Below, piece after piece: positions 58,113-64,000 of a stretch of 64,000 bases of DNA (the first letter of the stretch is position 1; every line of letters starts with the position of its first letter). The stretch is from Thermoanaerobaculia bacterium (lineage in GTDB: Bacteria; Acidobacteriota; Thermoanaerobaculia; Multivoradales; Multivoraceae): positions 672,001 to 736,000 of the forward strand of contig OY761158.1 in the NCBI GenBank assembly GCA_963664405.1. The letters are read 5' to 3'. The translations under genes were made by a program, and so were the position numbers. The notes under the pieces are model-generated. The model saw nothing but the letters and a program-made list of their open reading frames with translations, did not search any database and was not told the DNA's origin.

Positions 58113-61100
58113 GTCGAACTCTGCAACTGCTCCTCTTCGAGCTCCGACTCTACTTACGGAGGTTCTCGACCTGGGTCTACTTCGTCATCCTGGCGGCGAT
58201 CGGATTCTTGTTCATGAACATCTTCGGCGGTGCCATCCCCAGCGTTAGCGCTTCGATCCAAGGCTCTGACGGCACAGTGATGATCAACTCGCCTTTCATC
58301 CTGATGCAGCTCACCTCGTTACTCGGACTGTTCGGCACACTGGTCGTGGCCGCCGTCGCCGGGAACGCCGGCTACCGCGATTTCGGCGAGAACATGCACC
58401 CGCTGATCTTCACCACCACAACCTCGAAGATCGAGTACGTGATCAGTCGCTACAGCGGAGCACTGATCGTGAGCTCCCTCGTACTGCTCGGTGTTGGTGT
58501 CGGACTCTGGCTCGGCTCGATCTCGCCATGGGTCGTCGAGAACCGATTCGGAGCCAACACTTTCGCCGCCTATTCCCGCCCCTATCTGCTGATTGTCGGA
58601 CCCAATGTGCTCTTCACTTCGGCCATCTTCTATTCGATGGCTCTGATGACGCGCAAGCGACTGCCCCACTACCTGGGGGGGGTGGCCCTGCTGCTCGGCT
58701 ACATGGTTGCAGGGGCAATGGCAGGCGACCTCGACACCAAGTGGATCGGCGCCCTTGCCGATCCCTTCGGCCTCAGCGCGGCGCAGTTGGTCACCGAATA
58801 TTGGACTCCCAGCGAGAAGAACACAGAGCTTCTCGGGCTCGAGGGGTGGGTGCTGATCAATCGTCTGTTGTGGGTCAGTATTGCGATCGCGATCGTCGCG
58901 CTCGCTGTTTGGCGCACCCGCTTCAGCCAGTTCACCGGTGGGGGGAAAAGCGCGAGCAAACCGACTCTCAAGCCCGCCGAAGCACCGATCGCGATGCGGA
59001 CGCGGATCGAATTGCCCCCGGCCCGCCGTTCTTTTGGCTTCGCCGCGGATCTCGCGCAATTGCGAGCCCTGACCACCAGGGCATTTAGAGAAGTCATCGT
59101 CAGCCCTGCCTTCGCCGGCATCCTCCTCGCCGGCGTGCTCTTCCTGGTCATGAGTGCGATGCAGCTCGAGACTCTCTTCGGCACCAGAACCTGGCCGATG
59201 GCGTGGAAGGTGATCGAGGTCTTAGGCGGTAGCTTCAGTCTCTTCGTCTGGATCCTGCTGACGCTCTACAGCGGTGAGCTGGTCTGGCGTGAGCGGGACC
59301 TCAAACTCGACCAGGTGATCGACGCGACTCCGACGCGATCCTGGGTCGTGCTCTTCTCGAAGCTGATCGCCCTCTCTGCGATCGTCCTGGCGCTCCTCGG
59401 AGTCGTCACAGTCTCCGGCATGGCCACCCAGCTCGTGCTCGGATTCTCCCGTCTCGAGCCCGGGCTCTATCTCGGCAAGCTCTTCGGCATGCAGCTCGTC
59501 GACTACCTTCTACTCGCCGTGCTGGCGCTGGCCGTCCACACTCTGGTCAACCACAAATACACCGGACACTTCTTGCTGATCTTGTTTTTTGTCGCCACCG
59601 ATCTCATGTCTCTGCTCGGTATCGAGCACTCGCTGTGGGGCTACGGGTCCGATCTGGGTCAGCCCTACTCAGACATGAACCGTCACGGCTGGTACCTCGG
59701 ACCTTTCGTCTGGTTCAAGCTCTACTGGGCCGGCTTCGCGATCCTGCTTGCGGTGCTTTCGAACCTGGTGTGGCCGCGAGGTGTAGACGGGCGCTTCAAG
59801 AACCGTCTCAGAGCCGCACGCTCGCGCGCCGGGAGGACAACTCTGGCGGCGAGCGCCGTCGGCCTGATGCTGGCACTGGGAGTAGGGGGCTATGTTTTCT
59901 ACAACACGAATGTCCGCAACGAATACAGGAGCTCCAATGAGCTGGAACGTCTGCGGGCAGGCTACGAGCAGAAGTACAAGCAACATCAGGGCCTTCCCCA
60001 GCCAAGAATCACCGCCGTCAAGCTGGAGGTAGATCTTTACCCGCAACGCGGTGACGTTGCCGCCCAAGGCACCTACGAGCTCACCAACCGAACCGATTCT
60101 CCGATCGACAGCTTTCACCTGTTGATAGACCCCGAAGTCGAAGTTCACCAGCTCAGTCTCGCAACACCGGCCAAGCTCAGCCACGAGGACAAGGACTTCG
60201 GTTACCGCATCTACGAGCTCGATCAACCTCTCGCACCCGGCGAGAGCTCCTCTCTGGACTTCGATCTGCTGCTGTCGAAGGACGGCTTCGCCCACGCTAT
60301 CCAGAACCAGGTGGTCGAGAACGGTAGCTTCGTGAGTAGCTCCATCTTGCCGAGCTTCGGCTACGACCCCGGCCCCGAGCTGAGCTTGGACCGTGTACGC
60401 GAGAAGTACGATCTCGAGCCCAAGGAGCGCCTGCCCGATCTCGACGACTCCAAGGCGCGGATGGACAACTACATCTCACGAGACGCCGACTGGGTCGACT
60501 TCGAAGTGGTTCTGAGCACCTCTTCAGATCAGATAGCTCTGGCGCCCGGGTACCTGCAGCGAGAGTGGCAGGACGGTGATCGGCGCTACTACCACTACAA
60601 GATGGATGCGCCGATCTTGAACTTTTTCTCGTTTCTCTCCGCTCGCTACGAAGTCGTCCGCGACCAGTGGAAGGACGTGGCGATCGAGGTGTACTACCAC
60701 CCGGGACATGAGTTCAACGTGCAGCGAATGGTCGAAAGCACAAAGAAGTCGCTCGAGTACTTCTCGGCAGAGTTCTCGCCCTATCAACATCGACAGCTGC
60801 GGATCCTCGAGTTTCCCCGCTACGCGTCCTTTGCGCAATCCTTTCCGAACACCGTCCCCTACTCGGAAAGCATCGGCTTCATCGCCAGGGTCAAAGAAGA
60901 AGACATCGACTACCCCTTCTACGTCACCGCCCACGAGGTAGCGCATCAGTGGTGGGCCCATCAGATTATCGGCGGCTACGTGCAAGGCTCGACAGTGCTC
61001 TCGGAAACATTGGCTCAGTACTCGGCGCTGATGGTGATGGAGCACGAATTCGGATCCGACAAGATCCGCCGCTTTCTCGAGTACGAGCTCGACCGCTACC

Positions 61101-61711
61101 TCTCCGGGCGCAGCGCCGAGCTCAAGAAGGAAGTTCCGCTGCTGCGGGTCGAGAATCAGCCCTACATTCACTACAGCAAAGGCTCGCTGATCATGTACGC
61201 GGTACGAGACGCGATCGGCGAGGAAGCAGTAAACCGAGCACTCGCCAGGCTACTCTCCGAGTGGGCTTTTCGCGGCCCGCCGTACCCCACAGCTCGGGAG
61301 CTACTTACCGAGCTGCGCGCGGAGACGCCTGAAGATCTCCAGGCCTGGCTCACGGATATGTTCGAGCACATCACCCTCTACGAGAATCGGGCCACAGAGG
61401 CAGTAGCGAAGCCCACGGGAAACGGGAGTTACGAGGTCAAGCTCGCTTTCGAGTCGCGCAAACTTCGCGCCGGCGAGCAGGGCGAGGAGACCGAAGTCGC
61501 CCTCGACGATCCGATCGACATCGGTGTCTTCGACGCCGACGGTGAGCCGCTCTACCTCGAAAAGCACCGGATCGACGGCTCGACCCGCGAGATCACGGTT
61601 GTGGTCGATGCTATGCCTGCAACGGCGGGGATCGACCCCTACAACAAGCTGATCGACCGCCACCCCGACGACAACGAGGTCCGGGTCGAGATCGAGGATT
61701 CTGAAGAGTGA
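58109..61711 (+). CDS. ABC-2 permease (two TM halves) fused to an M1 aminopeptidase domain
   Basis: About 600 aa polytopic N-terminus; HEVAHQWW...SETLAQY and YSKG motifs. Confidence 0.9.
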   Translation: MSRTLQLLLFELRLYLRRFSTWVYFVILAAIGFLFMNIFGGAIPSVSASIQGSDGTVMINSPFILMQLTSLLGLFGTLVVAAVAGNAGYRDFGENMHPLIFTTTTSKIEYVISRYSGALIVSSLVLLGVGVGLWLGSISPWVVENRFGANTFAAYSRPYLLIVGPNVLFTSAIFYSMALMTRKRLPHYLGGVALLLGYMVAGAMAGDLDTKWIGALADPFGLSAAQLVTEYWTPSEKNTELLGLEGWVLINRLLWVSIAIAIVALAVWRTRFSQFTGGGKSASKPTLKPAEAPIAMRTRIELPPARRSFGFAADLAQLRALTTRAFREVIVSPAFAGILLAGVLFLVMSAMQLETLFGTRTWPMAWKVIEVLGGSFSLFVWILLTLYSGELVWRERDLKLDQVIDATPTRSWVVLFSKLIALSAIVLALLGVVTVSGMATQLVLGFSRLEPGLYLGKLFGMQLVDYLLLAVLALAVHTLVNHKYTGHFLLILFFVATDLMSLLGIEHSLWGYGSDLGQPYSDMNRHGWYLGPFVWFKLYWAGFAILLAVLSNLVWPRGVDGRFKNRLRAARSRAGRTTLAASAVGLMLALGVGGYVFYNTNVRNEYRSSNELERLRAGYEQKYKQHQGLPQPRITAVKLEVDLYPQRGDVAAQGTYELTNRTDSPIDSFHLLIDPEVEVHQLSLATPAKLSHEDKDFGYRIYELDQPLAPGESSSLDFDLLLSKDGFAHAIQNQVVENGSFVSSSILPSFGYDPGPELSLDRVREKYDLEPKERLPDLDDSKARMDNYISRDADWVDFEVVLSTSSDQIALAPGYLQREWQDGDRRYYHYKMDAPILNFFSFLSARYEVVRDQWKDVAIEVYYHPGHEFNVQRMVESTKKSLEYFSAEFSPYQHRQLRILEFPRYASFAQSFPNTVPYSESIGFIARVKEEDIDYPFYVTAHEVAHQWWAHQIIGGYVQGSTVLSETLAQYSALMVMEHEFGSDKIRRFLEYELDRYLSGRSAELKKEVPLLRVENQPYIHYSKGSLIMYAVRDAIGEEAVNRALARLLSEWAFRGPPYPTARELLTELRAETPEDLQAWLTDMFEHITLYENRATEAVAKPTGNGSYEVKLAFESRKLRAGEQGEETEVALDDPIDIGVFDADGEPLYLEKHRIDGSTREITVVVDAMPATAGIDPYNKLIDRHPDDNEVRVEIEDSEE

Positions 61712-61730
61712 GATCTCATCAGCCCATCAA

Positions 61731-63242
61731 TCATGCGCTGAACTGATCTCGGAGCTCCCGTTTCAGAATCTTCCCGACCGCGCTCTTCGGCAGCTCTTCG
61801 AGATAAACAAAGCGACTCGGCAGCTTGAATTTGGTGACGTAGCGGGCCGCGTGCGTGCGCAGCTCGTCTTCCTCCACTTCTCGGTCGGGCTTCAGTACAA
61901 CTGCGGCCCAGATGTCATCGCCGTAGACCGGGTGAGGCACCGGAACGACGGCAACCTCGGAGATCGCCGGATGCTCGTAGAGCGCCTCCTCGATCTCGCG
62001 CGGCGAGATGTTCTCGCCGCCCTTGATGATGAGATCTTTCTTGCGGTCGGTGATGTGCAGAAAGCCGTCCTCGTCCAGATAGCCGATGTCGCCGGTGAGC
62101 AGCCACTCACCTCTGCGGGCCGCGGCAGTGGCTTCTTCGTTGCGCCAGTAACCCCGCATCAGGTTTGGGCCCTTGAGGCACACCTCGCCCCACTCACCCG
62201 CACCCAGGCTGACGCCATCGTCATCCATGACCGCGACCTCGACACCGGGCACCGGCCGACCGCAGGACCCCGGATGGAAGACATCGGTATCCGAGTAGGC
62301 GGTACCCATACTGGTCGACTCGGTCAGGCCGTAGCCGTCCTTGACCACGCAGTCGAAGGTTCGCTCGAACTCGACCCGGACCTCGTTGGCCAACGCCGCA
62401 CCACCCGACCAAACCCAGGAGAGATGGGAGAGGTCGTAGCGATCGCGATCCGGGTAGTCCAGCATGTAAGTCAACATCGTCGGCACCACCGAGAGTCGCT
62501 GGATCTTGAAGTGCTCGAGGTTCCTGAACACCTCTTCGGTGTTCCACTGAACCATCAGGGTGGCAACCATGCCCTTGACGAAACCCGCGCACATCATGAT
62601 CACGCCATAGGAGTGCGCCATCGGTAGAAAGTGAAGAATGCGAGTTTGAGGAGGTATTTCGACCATCGTCGTCAACGAGCTTGCCGTGAACAGAAGATTG
62701 GCATGGGTGTTCATCACACCTTTCGGCCGTCCTGTGGTTCCCGAGGTGTAGAGCAGCAGAGCCAGGTCGTCGTCGGCGCGGTCGACCAGGCCCTCGAGCT
62801 CCGTCGCCGACTCGACGCCCTCGGTGATGTCGACAGCAGCCCGTACCGAGCTCTCGCCAAGCACGAGAAGGCGCTTCAAGCTCTCTACTCCTGCTGCCGC
62901 CTCGGCCACCACCGCAGTCACTTCAGGAGCCGTCAAAGCCACCTTCGCCTCCGAGTTCTCTAGCAGATAGCGCACCTCGACCGGGCCGAGCTGCGGCATG
63001 GCGGGCAGAATCACCGCTCCAATCTTCCACACCGCCTGGAACGCCGCGAAGATCGCCGGGCGATTCGGCATCATCACCAATACCCGATCTCCAGGGCCGA
63101 CGCCCTGCTCGTCGAGTACCGAAGCAATTCGTCCGGCGAGCTTCGCCTGATCGAGATTGGTGTAAGTCTCGCCGGCAAAGTGGATCGCCGGGTACTCGCC
63201 GAAGTGCTCGAGGCTGTCGAGAGCCAGCTGAGCCGCGTTCAT
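61731..63242 (-). CDS. Long-chain fatty acid--CoA ligase (AMP-binding)
   Basis: YTSGTTGRPKG, GYGLTE, TGD, DRKKDLIIKGGENI and GKILK motifs. Confidence 0.92.
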   Translation of the reverse strand: MNAAQLALDSLEHFGEYPAIHFAGETYTNLDQAKLAGRIASVLDEQGVGPGDRVLVMMPNRPAIFAAFQAVWKIGAVILPAMPQLGPVEVRYLLENSEAKVALTAPEVTAVVAEAAAGVESLKRLLVLGESSVRAAVDITEGVESATELEGLVDRADDDLALLLYTSGTTGRPKGVMNTHANLLFTASSLTTMVEIPPQTRILHFLPMAHSYGVIMMCAGFVKGMVATLMVQWNTEEVFRNLEHFKIQRLSVVPTMLTYMLDYPDRDRYDLSHLSWVWSGGAALANEVRVEFERTFDCVVKDGYGLTESTSMGTAYSDTDVFHPGSCGRPVPGVEVAVMDDDGVSLGAGEWGEVCLKGPNLMRGYWRNEEATAAARRGEWLLTGDIGYLDEDGFLHITDRKKDLIIKGGENISPREIEEALYEHPAISEVAVVPVPHPVYGDDIWAAVVLKPDREVEEDELRTHAARYVTKFKLPSRFVYLEELPKSAVGKILKRELRDQFSA

Positions 63243-64000
63243 CGACTGTCCTCCTTGATGTGGCGGCGCAAGAACGCCATCGAGGGCTCGAGGCCTGCTC
63301 CCAGGATCATGTGCCCGCCGCCGGGGATCTCGTGGTACTCATGTACCATCCCGTGCTCTTTCATAGCCGCTACCATGCGGCGAGAGCGCTCGACCGGCAC
63401 CGTGACGTCGGCGTCGCCATGGGTGACGATGACGGGAATGTGGCGCATGCCCTCGAAGTCGACCTCGGCCGGCATGATGCCGGGGCACATAGGGGCTATG
63501 GCCGCCCAGATGTCGGGATGACGCGAAGCGATCCGCCAGGTACCCGCGCCGCCCATCGATCCGCCGAGGAGATAGATGCGTCGCTCGTCGATGTTGTACT
63601 CACGGCGGACGAGCCGAACCACGTTCATCACGTCGAGCTCGCTCAAGCGAGTGAGGTGGCGGCGCTGAGGACTGTAGGGGCGCCCCGCATTTCCTTCTGC
63701 CCCGTAGCCTCCAGTGGGGCGATACCCGAGCGGCGACACCGCGATATAGCCATCGGCGCCGGCCGCCTTCTTCAACACGCCGCCTAGGGCGGTCATCATG
63801 GTGTCCTCGGTGCCGCCGTTGCCGTGCAACGCTACAAGGAGAGGGGTGGGTCGTCCGGGGTCGTAGTCCTCAGGTACGTCGAGGCGATAGGGCATGATCT
63901 CACCCGCCTCTTCGAAGAAGTAGTGGCGTTTTCGAGTGCCCTTGGCACCGCTCAACGGGTCCTCTCCCCGCTCCAGCTGATCCAGGAGCGCGACCGAAGC
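63239..64000 (-). CDS. Alpha/beta hydrolase (esterase/peptidase S9-like), 5' end outside window
   Basis: PLLVALHG, GGSMGG, HGDADVTVP and GGGH motifs; frame is open to the window edge. Confidence 0.88.
   Translation of the reverse strand, partial: ASVALLDQLERGEDPLSGAKGTRKRHYFFEEAGEIMPYRLDVPEDYDPGRPTPLLVALHGNGGTEDTMMTALGGVLKKAAGADGYIAVSPLGYRPTGGYGAEGNAGRPYSPQRRHLTRLSELDVMNVVRLVRREYNIDERRIYLLGGSMGGAGTWRIASRHPDIWAAIAPMCPGIMPAEVDFEGMRHIPVIVTHGDADVTVPVERSRRMVAAMKEHGMVHEYHEIPGGGHMILGAGLEPSMAFLRRHIKEDSR

Overview
GC-rich bacterial DNA with about 55 protein-coding genes and no recognisable rRNA, tRNA, CRISPR array, transposase or phage gene. A VWA protein of Acidobacterial type, a secreted M16 peptidase pair, an ABC-permease/M1-peptidase fusion and a protease with a characteristic C-terminal domain suggest Acidobacteriota, probably Thermoanaerobaculia (inference). 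Most genes are catabolic or housekeeping: acyl-CoA enzymes, sulfatases, amidase, glnS, tcuAB, hslO, aat, bolA and F420-type oxidoreductases. Five things stand out. (1) A tight four-gene operon (49492-53081) places NfeD and flotillin between two paralogous beta-carbonic-anhydrase-like proteins: one soluble with an intact active-site motif, the other membrane-anchored and lacking the catalytic Asp/Arg pair. (2) A family of CTAG-bounded, non-coding hairpin elements (32345, 34532, 49308, 56778, 56999). Four share a structured core with strand-specific G:T wobbles and compensatory changes but carry three different terminal stems; the 32345 copy is a free-standing module also nested in the 34532 element. 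(3) A fabG-fabF-acp-lpxL-like operon. (4) Inverted (TAAGCAG)n heptad arrays on both sides of an orphan secreted-protein gene. (5) Three deletion scars or pseudogenes. All calls come from motif recognition by eye; no database searches were run.
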